From Oopsacas minuta (taxonomy: Eukaryota; Animalia; Porifera), in the NCBI GenBank assembly GCA_024704765.1, contig JAKMXF010000319.1, positions 62,001-126,000 on the forward strand: a stretch of DNA of 64,000 nucleotides, in the 5' to 3' direction. The notes beneath the pieces are model-generated. The model was not told the DNA's origin. It did no database searches and saw only the letters and a list, made by a program, of their open reading frames with translations. This document shows positions 47,701 through 59,874 of this stretch, piece by piece (position 1 is the first letter of the stretch; the number at the start of each line of letters is the position of its first letter). Both the position numbers and the translations under genes were made by a program.

Positions 47701-48824
47701 TAAGGGAAAGTTAAATGAATTGATCTAACAGAGAAATTGCATGTTAGCTAGTAAAGGATAAGTACTTGGTAGAGGATGATACACGCATAAACTTATATTT
47801 TTGATATTTTGGGATGCATTAGGGGAAGTATAACATGAAATTTGTGAGGAGGTTTGGGAAGTATGAAAGCAGACATGAAGCTGAAACAATTTCCAAATGA
47901 GTGACAGAAGAAACAACTGAAGATCAACCGAATACATAATACAGTGACCTAGTGTTTCCCCGATGAATGACGCGATTAAGATATCTAGCTGTGTTAAGAT
48001 GAAAAGTCTATGCACAGGGCTTAGTACATGTATAAGCGACAGCTATAGCTATTTATAATATTCTAAAATAGGCTTACTTTAGCTCGCTGTAATCAAAATT
48101 CCATAAATACAATCATTAATATTTTCCTACTAAGTCTACGATGGAGATTCACAAAAACATAGTTAAATTCGGGTCCGAAATCTTGCCTAATACGCCATAT
48201 CGGCACACTGTGGACAGAGTCGCCACACAATCCCAAAAATGAGCGCATTTCAAAAATGCCAAGTTTGAAACCGATCGAACCGAATATCAGTATTCATGAA
48301 TAGTTGCTTAACCGAATACTGATATTCAGTTGGTAACCAAGTATTGAACTTTTCGGTTGCAACCCTGAAAAATACTGTGAGAAACGCTACAGTGACCTCA
48401 CTATTATCAGAACCAATTGTGTAGGCTCAATGAAATCATAGAATACGGAAGATCGGGTTGTTCATCCTTAGCGGAAATATACCAAAGCTTCGGTGAATTC
48501 TAGAAAGAATATCTCATCGGAAACTGTCTCCAAGTGACAACTATATCAATATTTACCTCTAGAAGGTCTGTTATCCAATTTCTTTCTAATAGTATCAGAC
48601 GTTTTCGCCATTGAAAGTCGACGTTTTTTCTCCAAAAATTGAGGATTAGCCCATCTATCCTTGTCAGGTAATATTCCTTTCGAGAACAATTCTTCTGGAT
48701 TAGATCGACATCTAACCTTCCATGCTAGTGACTGTTGGGCTTGATTCATGACCTGATTGTCCACAATTTTACCTGGCTTGGGTCGCATACGACATGGGGG
48801 CTCATTGGAATAATTCTCCATCAT
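44740..48824 (-). CDS. MRTF: Myocardin-related transcription factor (3 RPEL, basic B1, Q-rich, SAP); exons 48557-48824, 47372-47689, 44740-46049; ~631 aa
   Basis: Phase-consistent splicing gives RSNPEELFSKGIL, RPSRDSLQDKNIL and RPGPIDLISKGIL. B1-like KQTNKHYNFHVY, Q-rich SSFEVCVNQQQFLLQLQVI, and SAP NLQELRNICKHNSLATTGKKAELIDRI appear in MRTF order. Confidence 0.9.
46951..47281. mobile_element. Foldback-type MITE with ~70-bp TIRs in MRTF intron 2
   Basis: GCATTTGTCAGAATACTCGTAA...TTGTCAGAAT at the left and its inverted copy at 47211-47281. Confidence 0.75.
48260..48367. mobile_element. hAT-type MITE
   Basis: TIR CA(A/G)G(T/G)TTG(A/C)AACCGA with an 8-bp TSD, AAAAATGC/AAAAATAC (7/8). A sister copy at 57934-58093 is flanked by ACTGAG. 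Confidence 0.8.
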
Positions 48825-51800
48825 TGAAGATGAATATTTTCTAATTTAAATATTAAGAGGGAATAATATTGTCATTTATTACAGAAATATGAGTAACCTT
48901 CACAAACGGACATACATGACAACCTTCCCAGGATTCGACATGATATTCAGGGAAAATTTGATATTTCTTGCAATTTTCTGACAAAAAGTGAAAAATTGAT
49001 ATATGTATAAAATTAGAAATCCAATGCTTTCGAGATAAATATCAAGGAAAGTAGTTAGAAAGGATAATTATGAACAGGCCAGCAAGGAGGCCGAAATGGT
49101 ACCGCGTTAGTGGAAGTTCATTTGAAGGACTAAGAACTCGCTCAGTATATTTTTCACTCAGTTTCCACAGGCGCCATTTACGGAGGTTCACTGTAGAAAG
49201 GAAATCGTTTATAGGAAGTTTTATTATTTTGACGGCTTGGCCTACATGTCCAAATTAGCTACTAATCACATTTCACTGAGATAAGATATGGCAGCTGAAT
49301 ACAATTTGTAATATATAATAGTAAAGCGTGAGACACAAACGAGGGCGCGACCAATAAAGATAAGACAGTAGTCTCGCCAACAACGGAACAGTTTTAAACA
49401 TGCAAGAAAGTCACCTCGGCGAAATCAGGAATAAATCGAGTAATTTATTGAATAACGTTACACCAAATTTTTTCAAATTTCTCGAATAGTAAAACAAGAC
49501 TAAATAATTGTGGATTGTATTATCTGCAAGTAGCAACAAGTGCTGACGAAACTCAACAGGTGTCAGATCAATGCAGTGCAACGATGTGTTGATATTACAG
49601 AGAACCAATCCCATATCGTATCCTTGGTAGTGTAGTCGGGAAATTGTCCGAAACTGATGAAAATACGAGTTCCCTGTGTTGAAGCAGGGTCACAAAATTC
49701 TATTGTATATAAAAACAAACCGGATGTAACAATCAAATAAATTCAGTTGTTAAGCAAATCAATATATCCATATTCAACTATTTCCATGGGGAATAAACAT
49801 ACATATATACAGCCTATAAACGTAGTGTGAAAACCTATAGGGATGTATGATTTCATGTAGTAATGTGAGTGAAGAAAACGATAGAATTGAATGAATTATT
49901 ATCAAACAAAGATTTTGGCTCACTCAACCTGTTTCAATTAGATTTTGAATATTACTTAGCCAACTGCAGCTATTGTTCAACTGAGTGAGACACCTGCGAT
50001 ACAGGTTGAACTTTGCACTTTGTGCCTCGAATAGTAAGAAACAGTATAAATACTGAATTTGAGTACATTTTGGATATTTTGCATGATTTAATATTCTAGA
50101 GCGAGTTAGCAGATTCCTATGATTCCAATAGTTCTTACGGATGGAATTTTTGAAAATCCTAAGCAATTAGTTCATAATTACGTGAATGTCTAAGACTTAC
50201 AAATATTTGAGTCTGGCACAAATACATGCAAAAATGCGTCATGAAGGTTTTCCAGTTAGATTCAGACATGCCCATATAGATAAACCGACACGATTATAAT
50301 CAGACAGTGTTTCTGATGTGAAATAGCTTCTGACAATACAAATTCACTTGCATAAGCAGACAAAATTTGCATTTCCCAACGAGTATGGGTATATGCAGGT
50401 TCCACTGTAATACTAATACCATTACACCTGAAACGAACGTGTTGCCAATAAGCAGAGTCGAAGGTATACAGTATACTTTGCTTAATAGAGTTAATCAGGT
50501 CACTTGGCCAGAAACAGAACCATACAAATACAGTGGAACCTGTATAAACCGACACTCGTTGGGTCATGAAAAATTTGTCGATTAATGCGGATTACAATGT
50601 AGCGAAATATATTAATACAAACAATGTAAAGGAAATTGTATAATACGCGTGTAACGTTATATACGTATAGGTTAACCTCTAAATGTGAGATTTTGACATT
50701 GTTAGGCTTGGGTAAGTCACATTATTATCAAGTATTTATGGTGAGAAGTCTCATTAACAATTCGAGGACTACTGTTTTGATGCAAAATATCTATTGTAGA
50801 ATCAGCCCAATAGAAGTTACACCACCAAAAATGTAGATTGAACGTACGTATTATCCGTAATACGTCTTCATTGAAAGACGTATTAAACAACCATTTCAAT
50901 ACTGGGCCACTATAGTAAAGCATAGTCGATACAGTAAAAACTTAGAAAATAACAAATTTGAATTACTTGCAGAATTATGCATTAAATAGCAAACTAAACG
51001 AAAAGATCAACCACAGATTAAATCATATGTAAACCATATAATAATCGTCAGAAATGTGTAAACAATAGAAGAGCATTACAAATACAGAAAAGGTCATATT
51101 TGTAGCAATTGTTAATATACAAATGACATGATTCAATTGATTACACTTATCGAAAACGTAATTTTATTAAAAAGTGATCTACATGACTACGGCTAATGAT
51201 ATTTGGAATGTGTCTAATAAGTGATAGCCAATATAAGGTAATAGTGCTGACTAAATAATATTTTGGATTTGTCCTATGAGTGATTTGTAGTTCACACGGT
51301 GCCAGGGTTCCCTCTAACTTTCGGTTCCATGGGATTCCTGCACAGTATTCCTAAACACAAACAGAATTGAAAAATGCTCCATATAAGTCAGCGTTTCTCA
51401 ACCTTTTTCAAACTGCGACATGCTATTTCATCTAAAAACTTCAAGGCACAATCAGGGGCTGTCCCAGGATACGGCGTACCCGATGCACAGCCGGGGCAAA
51501 CTCTTATTCGATTATAGACAGTGGTAGCCCGAGGATCTGGCAGTCTCGCCAGGATTTTCAAATCCGTGGCAAATGCCGCCAAATATCAAAACACACATTC
51601 AGATTCAACTTTAGTTAAACAGAAAGTCAGAATTCATTGTGTGTTAAAGATTTTCTTAACTCAATTCACTAAAATTGTCACACAAAATATCTAAAATTGT
51701 CCTACCAAGAAATCTGAAAATTGCAGAAAATCACTTGAGATTCGCACACATAATCGACTGATAATTCGTTAATAAAATAAGATGCTGGAATGTGTCCTAC

Positions 51801-52482
51801 AGTTAATTTACAATTGTCTATTAAATGATTGGTGTAATACCACCGTCATGCCACATTCTGGAAGCTTGGAGTTTGCACTACATTTATTCGAGGGAAATTT
51901 TCAAAACGCTATTTCAAGCAGAAATTATCCAGGTGTACGTGTATGCAGCACAAACAGGTCTACATACGCATGGATATCAGCTAAAATAAAGTCAACTGTC
52001 GTTATTCCGAAGCTTTAAGGGACTACGATAATTACTTTGATATTCATCGAGTTCCATATAACCGGAGTAATGTATGTTACTTTGGCGGTTCAGTCAACTC
52101 CTGTTGTATCGAGCACGGATATATCAAAATAATCGCTGATATCGAAGTATGAGATCGTACAAATCCCAATCTACCAAGGTAACATGAATTACACCGGTTA
52201 CTCGAACTCTGCTTATATCAAAGTATTATCGCGGTCCCTTGAGCTTCGACATAACTAGAGTTGCTGTATTTAATTAACCCCTGGGAAAAATGATGTCTGC
52301 AGAATCCCTAAGGTGTAAAACAGAATATGAATAAATGAAGATACTGATACGTAACTGATACACAATACTTATAAGAATATATTTTGGATAACAATTAATA
52401 GGAGAAAAAGGTAGTTTTGATTTGAATAAGAAATCACTAGTTTATTGATAATCAAGGCTGAAAGTATAGAGAATTAGAATTT

Positions 52483-55400
52483 TTATTTTCGCTTCCGTTT
52501 CGGCGATCTGCTATATTTTCTCTTGGTTCGACGGCTCTCCGATTCGAGAAGTTTTTCAGCTTCAATTTGTTTCCGTTTTAGCTTGGCTTTAACTTGCTTT
52601 TCGGTTAAGGGCAGCCAATAAATACACGGCTCACTCGTTGTTTTACGGAACAGTGTATCAAGGAGCGCCGCCTGCCCAGAGCATTGATAATTATCCGATT
52701 CGACATCGGATTCAGATTGTACGGCTGGTGTTTCTTTTGATTTTTTAGGCCTAGGGGGGAGCGGAGAAGTTGGAGTTGGAGGGAGTCGTTTTAAAGTTAA
52801 TTTTTTCTCTGCAATTTTCGGCTTTTCTGGCTTCGATTTTAATTTTTCTTCAGAAATCTTAGGTTTTTCTTGGGAAATTTTCTGTTTTCTTTGGGATATT
52901 TTTTGCTTATCTTCCTTCAATTTTGCAGGTATTTCCAACTGTTTTGCAGATTTTATAGAAGTCTGTGAATGTGATACAGGTGTTTCACCGAACTTAGTTA
53001 GGTTCTGTCTATGTTCTCGAAGTTTTAGGGCAATCTGATCCTTCTTCAAATTTGAATTCTTCTCAGTGGAAGAACCTTAAAAGCATCAAATAAATATTGT
53101 ACATAATAATTCCGATATTAAACTTTGGGTATCAATATTTCATAAGAAACATTTTAGAGGATGGTGGTTAACTTTTTTGCCAAACAATATGCCAAAATTC
53201 CGCGTATTAAGGTGAATTTACGTGATTCATGAATACATTTCCCCTCCAAAACATGCCAAAAAAGGAATTAGCGTATTTAGCCAAGCTAATACTATTGTTT
53301 TCCGAAAAAACTTCCGTCCCGCTAGTGTAGAGGTTCCCAACCTGCGGTCCATGCACCGCTTCGTGGTCCATGGACGACAGTTGGGGGTCCACATGATCTA
53401 TTGCAGCCTATGGGAAGGGATCTACAAAATTTGTAAAATGGTATAGGGGGTATTCGGGTGAAAAAGTTTGGGAACGTCTGCGGTATTATATTATCCATCT
53501 TAGAATGAATTAAAATTGGACATAATTGATGTAGTTAATAGATATTTTTGTATGAAAAAATAGGAAAGATACCAAAGATTCGAAAACAAAATTAACCGAT
53601 TTTCTGTTTCCATAATTCGAGAGTTAAAAACATATCTTACTTGTAATCTGTTTATCTGAAGATTCATTATTAGATCGTTTAACTTTCTTGAGAATATCTC
53701 TACTCTCTTTCTGAAAATCTCTTTCCTTCTCTCTTTCTCTTTCCTTCGGTTTTTCTTTCTTTTCCTTCTCCTTTAACTTTACCTTTGGTGGAGGTGTGAT
53801 AGCCTTCTCAACAATGACCTGAAAAGTGTTATCTAAAATTTCCTGATTGATGCCTAAACCCGTTAACTCATTATAATTTTCAATAGTTAGAAAAGAAAAA
53901 TGCAAATTTTTGGGATTAATAGAAGGCCACCTAGCTCCATGTAATGCATTTCGCGCTTTTTCACAAGATTCAATGTCCTGATATACACAGCAACATTGAG
54001 TCTTATTCTTGTCTGTCCAGAAATACTGATGCGGCGTATCTAATAGAGAGAATATATATGAAGTAATATTCCATGAAGTATTTGACGTAATTCACACCTT
54101 TTTTGAGAGATTTTAATCATACAATTTATCCAAAAAATCCATGACTACAAACAGTGTTCATGGGGAAATGACGTCATATGATTCACTTCAAGCAATCATT
54201 GGACGTAAAGGAAACTGGATATATACACTAACCTGTCCCTACAATAAGATAGCCATACAACTCAAGCATACATTTCAACTGCTGCTGAGTGAATGGCCGT
54301 ACAAGGTTCTGTACACGAGCAATACGAGTAGCAGGTACATCAGATGGAAGCGGGGCTACCACAGGAGGAATAGGATACTCACTATGACCTCCCTCTATGG
54401 TGAGGGGCCTTGATGCTTCCTGTGTGTAGGAGGTTGATGAGCGTTTTAGATTGTTAGGATTTTGTTGAGACGATTGACTGTCTTGTCTACGTCTCGTTTC
54501 TAACTCTCTACGAGCACGCTCTACCTGTATGGAAGAGAGAGTTTAAATAGGAAACTGGAAAAAAGACACGTATATACAACAGTGGATGCTGGTTATAAGA
54601 ACCCCTTTGGAGTACAATACATGTTCATACAACCGGCATAAATATACAGATATTTCCAGTCGATATGACAGGTATTGACTTTACCTCTATTCTCTGTATT
54701 TCGCGTTCTCTTTTCTTATCTTCCCATTCTCTAGCAGGATCAATATCTCTCTGATTAATAACAGAAGAACTTGAGTATGTTAAAGTGTTCTTGATCTCTT
54801 GATACATACGTTTATGTCTCTGTGTTGATTCTCTGTCACGTAGTAGGGATAGCTTGTCACCTCCTGGCAAACATATGAGTAAATATAAAAAGATCAGTTC
54901 CCAGTGGCGGAAGAGGGATGGGGGAAACGGCGTATATGCCCCAGGTTTGTACCAAAGTTTTGACCCCAGTGGTTGGACGCATATAATGCTCTCCAAAAAT
55001 GCAATAGTCGAGATATGGAGAATTTAGTAAGAAATGGGTCTATCTGACCCCTGAAAGTGATAGATCACAGCGGTAGCCTTAGAATTCTGTATCCTGGCCT
55101 GGCACTTGGTTTTGCCAGAACCTTCAACCACCATTGTGTATAATAGAATCTTAAAAATAGGTGTATCTCTCAGGAAAATTCGATTCATACCCATTTATGG
55201 AGTATACAAACATCCCTCATGTAATTACCTACCTTATAGCATACCTGATCTAGGAGTCTTTCTGATTCTACGAGTTTCTACTTCACGATGCTTATTGGCG
55301 ACAAATGAATTTTTGGTTAAAATCTCTCTGAGATCTTTGTGTGTATGATGTTCTAGATGTTTCGCAATTCCGCGTTTTTTATCACGTAATGTCTCGTCAG

Positions 55401-57516
55401 ATTTACGCGAGGTTCTATGTGAAATAGATTTATCTGTATTTTCTTTATCAGAAAGTTCAATTGTGATTTCAATATTGCCATTTTCTTTTGAGTTAAATGA
55501 TGAAGATAATTGATCTTCTCCAGCTAAAGGGAATACAATTAAAACCGGGTCACCTAAAAGCAATCTCTCAGATTATTCATTACCGTAAACTGGGGCTACT
55601 TTGGCCCACTGGGTTTGCTTTAGCCCAAAAATTGAAATTTCCTTGCGTATTGAATAGATGTTGTATTTGTATTCGGAATTGTCCACCAATATTTGAAAAT
55701 TCGTTAAAAATGTGGCAAGTCATATTCAAGTATAATACTGAATCTAATCTAGTTGCTTTGAAACTTTGATATTTGGGCTAAAGCAAACCCAGTGGGCCAA
55801 AGTAGCCCCAGACAGTGTTCTCGCTAGGCCTTTTTGGGGGGGGGGGGGGCGCAGCCACCCCTTATTGTGATTATGCACCCCCTATCGTGCCTAAATAGAC
55901 ATAGTGTACCCCTCTATCGTGGATACACAATGTTATATATTCACCCAAAAAACGGGCCATCATCTTCTTTTCCCTTAAGGGTGTATTTTTACGCGTATTG
56001 TGCACAGAGTGTGTACGGCGCACCCCCCCTATTACATAATCCTGACGAGAACACTGGCCCCAGACTACGGTATATACAAAATATCACCCCACTAGTGTAG
56101 TTCTAATAATAGTCACCTTTCGACTTCGTATTAGCTGCATCTGTATATGAGAACTCCTGCTCACTCGTGAATATTTCAATACGATCTTCTTGGACAACAG
56201 AATTATTACCCATATTCTGACTAGAATCTTCTATAACATTATTATTAGGTTCTGTTACGGCTGGCTTATCAACTGATTCTTGTACTACCAGGGGGGTTGG
56301 CTCTGGAATAGGAGGTGTGTATTCCTAAAGTAGATAATAGTAAACAAGAGGTCAGTACAATTCTCTACGCTAATAAGTACACGAATAATATGTGAGATCA
56401 GTATTCTGTTAAAGTTATCTGGGGGTGTAGACCTTACCCCCGGGAAATTCGCTTAAAATGTTTGATTCCCAAAGGGTAACTACATGAATTTAGCCATTTT
56501 GACGTCACCACCCGAAAATAGAAGGAAAACTGTCAGAGAGATGTAAGCTCTGATCCCAGGAGGCCAGACGCTAATCTTTGGGTTTGGAAAATTTCTCTTT
56601 GAATACTGAAATAGGATGGACTGCCTTGTCGAAGGCACAAAGTTACAAGAGAGGTTTTTAGGTGATCGCAGGCATAAGTACTAGTTCAGCAGCAATGAAG
56701 GACACAAAATGAGAATAGTGAGACTTAAATTAGAACAGGATCAATACGTAACCGCCCAAAAAGTCCCATCTGAGGGGAGGCCTGCAAGAGTTAAGTGTTG
56801 TGTACAAAGATAGTGAGAGGTTTTTGTAATATCAAAGGCAGAAGTTTCTCAGTGGAACTCGGATAGTGTGTTAATAATAAGCTGGAACAAATATCCAATG
56901 CACAAATGTAGCCATGTCTGTCGCATAAGCTTCGTGCACACAACACTTAACACAAATGCGCTATGTATTATATTCATACTTGCCAACTGTTTTGTTTGAG
57001 GCGGGAGGTCACGCTTTTTGGGACAGTATTGAGGGCTAATTTTGGGGCGTAACTAGAGATCCCAGAGCGAGGAGGCAAGATTGGATGTTTGCCTCAATTT
57101 AATGGCGATTACAATAGAGAGATGAGGTATCTCCCAAAAAAGCGAGAAGGCAACTGCCGCTTCAGCCTCAATACTAGTTACGCCCTAGCAATTATGCTAA
57201 TGTCCCGCCAAAAATTGGTACTAGCGTCCCAGCTATTTCTTCTTCACTCAGTTTAGCAAGTATGTATATTATGCTATATTCTAGCGGGGCGGAGCACTCA
57301 ACCAACCTGTATAATACTAACTACACTACTCTCTACAGTATCAATAGGAGTAGAATGAAGTTCTCCTGTTTCACTAACAGTTATAGGAGAGTTAAGTATC
57401 TCTCCTCTAGGTATTGTCTCCGTAGATTCTGTATTTGTATCTAGTTGTTTTGTTGGGATAGGAGTTGACGTAGAAATTTCTTGTTGAAGATCAACTATAC
57501 TCATGCTAGTTACCAT
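52483..57516 (-). CDS. ACIN1: Acinus (apoptotic chromatin condensation inducer / ASAP complex); 7 exons, ~719 aa
   Basis: Exons 57307-57516, 56117-56324, 55245-55523, 54685-54863, 54233-54524, 53641-54039 and 52483-53075 are phase-consistent. The Acinus RRM is VQNLVRPFT...FWTDKNKTQC...ALHGARWPSINPK, and the RSB motif is LLDTLFRKTTSEPCIYWLPLTEKQ. Confidence 0.9.
55583..56070. mobile_element. TA-target MITE (same family as 5261-5497) with a nested insertion in its right TIR
   Basis: The left TIR is intact. The right TIR is split at 55812/56057 and completes as GCCCCAGACTACGG-TA. Confidence 0.85.
55813..56056. mobile_element. hAT-type MITE nested in another MITE
   Basis: TIR CAGTGTTCTCG(CT/TC)AGG matches 14/16, with a perfect 8-bp TSD GCCCCAGA and an internal G14 run (55836-55849). 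Confidence 0.9.
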
Positions 57517-58688
57517 AAGTTATAAGAGAATAAATGAGAATGCCATTTTACAGCAGTGGGTATCAGGATCTGGCACAACAAGGGCCAGCCCTTAGGACAG
57601 CAACTGTACTGCGTGAACCCACGGTATCAACTTACACACATTCTCCCATAGTTTGCAATACAAACTCTGAGATCCTGTGGGTTGTCGTCCGTAGATCACC
57701 AGCAGGAAATTTCTGATTTTTCGAAAAATCACTGAGGGAATTTTGATTCAAAATGTAAGATCCCTGGTGGGATATTATTTGCCTGAATTTTCAAATTATC
57801 GGTTTTACCCCCGTAAGATGTCTACCTCCCCGAAAATTAGATGGAACACTGCCACCAAGAGGTCCATAGACCCTAGGTTGGGAACCGCTGCTTTTACAGA
57901 GATAGAATATAGATGCATTGAAAAGGACTGAGACAAGGTTGCAACCGAATAGATCAATATTAGGTTCAACCGAAGAATATTTGGCGAATAGTTCAATATT
58001 CGGTATTAGGTTGGTCCAAACCGAATATTATCAGTATTTGGTTATGTTGCTATTCATGAATATTGATATTCAGTTTGATCGGTTTCAACCTTGACTGAGT
58101 GAGTAAATAGTAAAAAGTGGAATATGCATGATTACATACGCACATGTGACATGTTCGTGAAGCATTACTGAAACCATGCATATGTACACTCGACTCTTTA
58201 GTGCAGTGCCTATAGGGAGATGCCCTGATGGCAAGGACGACGTCCAATCGCGCGGCCGCTAATGATTGTCCATGCCATTAGGTCATCTCCCTAGAGGAGC
58301 GACGCTTAAAACCAAAAATATGAATCAAGTACGAATTCACCTACTATGACAGATGGTTAACCTCAACAAATTCTAAATCGCTATTGTATGCTTCAATTAG
58401 TGATCATGCAATAAAAACATTGAAATCTCGACCTTAGAACAGCAGTATATGTTGAATTGGTTTCTTCGGATAATGAAACCAGTATGAAGTTCTTGTGCAC
58501 TTAAACATAATTATGTATAATTCAAAAGAATAATTCAAATTAGTAAGATTTCATTGATAATAGGAGAGTGAATTTGCTCGTAATAGTGTTACAAAGTATG
58601 CGTTATGTGCGTATATAAATATTTACAGACCGCGCGGAGCAAGAAAGCTATATTTACACGAGCAGATTGTAGGCAAATTTCATAAAAT

Positions 58689-59366
58689 ATGAGTAGACAT
58701 TTCCATTTTTTGATAATCGTGGTCGCATTTTGGATCTCGTCTATTGATGGGAGCGATTTCCGAAAATATGTTGGGAACTTGCGAAATATTAATTCTACGA
58801 ATTTCATGACGTCATCAACTCAACTTTACGTAACAACAGTAACCTCTGCCACTGTACAGAGTGAAACAATGACGCCATCTAACACAATCCAATCATCTTC
58901 AATCGCATCAACATCCGCGACTCAATCAAGCACCCTACCTGAAACCACTACATCAACAAATATAATGACGTCATCTAATATGCCATCAAGTTCATCACTT
59001 ACTACATCCCCAAACATGATGACGTCATCACTCACTATATCGTCGGATATAATGACGTCATCATTCACTACATCATCAAATACAATGATGTCATCATTCA
59101 CTACGTCAAGCAGAGTGACGTCATCATCCACAACGTCAAGCAGAGCGACGTCACCATCCACAACGTCGAAACCAAACAAATTTACTACATCAGTACAACC
59201 TACTGTGAACAGCCTGCTTACAACTGAACTAGCAATATGGTGTACAGTTACGGCTATAGTCACATGTGTTATTACACTACTATTGACTGTGGGAATTGGG
59301 CTGCTGGCATTCTTGGCATGGAAGAAGAAGAGTACAATTCGCTATACTTTGTTAAGTCAGTTTTGA
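58689..59366 (+). CDS. Mucin-like Ser/Thr-rich type I membrane protein
   Basis: Signal peptide, 10-11-aa MTSS repeats, a TM segment (AIWCTVTAIVTCVITLLLTVGIGLLAFLAW), and a short tail KKKSTIRYTLLSQF. Confidence 0.75.
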   Translation: MSRHFHFLIIVVAFWISSIDGSDFRKYVGNLRNINSTNFMTSSTQLYVTTVTSATVQSETMTPSNTIQSSSIASTSATQSSTLPETTTSTNIMTSSNMPSSSSLTTSPNMMTSSLTISSDIMTSSFTTSSNTMMSSFTTSSRVTSSSTTSSRATSPSTTSKPNKFTTSVQPTVNSLLTTELAIWCTVTAIVTCVITLLLTVGIGLLAFLAWKKKSTIRYTLLSQF

Positions 59367-59874
59367 TGTGTGCATTTAATAAGAATATTTGTTGGATTGT
59401 GCTAACCTAAGAACTTTATTCTATATCTTCGAAATCTGTTAGTAATACGAAGATATCATAGTATTTAAGGGTGAGACAAATATCTTAACTAACCGAGATT
59501 TCCGAATCAGCGAAAATCTATCCAGGCCCAGTCAATCTACTAGTGCAACTGTTCCCAACCTTTTCCCCGTGGACCCAATTATGTCGTCCCGTTGACCACC
59601 AAGGGGTTGGTTCATGGGTGAACAGCGGCAAAGTTTCATAGTTACCTAAGGCGACGAACCTTGTAACCGCCTCAAGGAGCCCTATAATAAAGTATAGAAA
59701 ACGAGGCATATTCTACAAAAGTATTGAAGATGAACGAATGAGTAGAAATACGATAATTCAATTAAAAAAATCAATACACTGAATATACACATGTAAAATA
59801 CACACAAATTCCACTCATATAAGAAAAAATTCGAATCAATATATATAATAAGCAAAACGTCCATGAAGAGTAAA

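Noticed and set aside
49260-52400. Short ORFs between MRTF and ACIN1 as a hidden gene
   Set aside because: No recognisable motifs or consistent splice chain were found, and several overlap MITE ends (50370-50410, 50528-50600, 51389-51580, 52091-52266).
11962-55200. CArG boxes (11962, 26694, 38430, 55191) as SRF/MRTF targets
   Set aside because: About 4 are expected by chance at this base composition, and none is positioned at the MRTF promoter.
55834-56100. ORF starting MGGGGAQPP
   Set aside because: It lies in a MITE and derives from a poly-G run.
56560-56990. Possible retroelement remnant in ACIN1 intron 1
   Set aside because: It is GC-richer than its flanks, but no RT, integrase or transposase motif could be read in any frame.
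58922-59263. Antisense Asp/Val-rich ORF
   Set aside because: It is a shadow of the Thr/Ser repeat on the plus strand, which has the signal peptide and TM.
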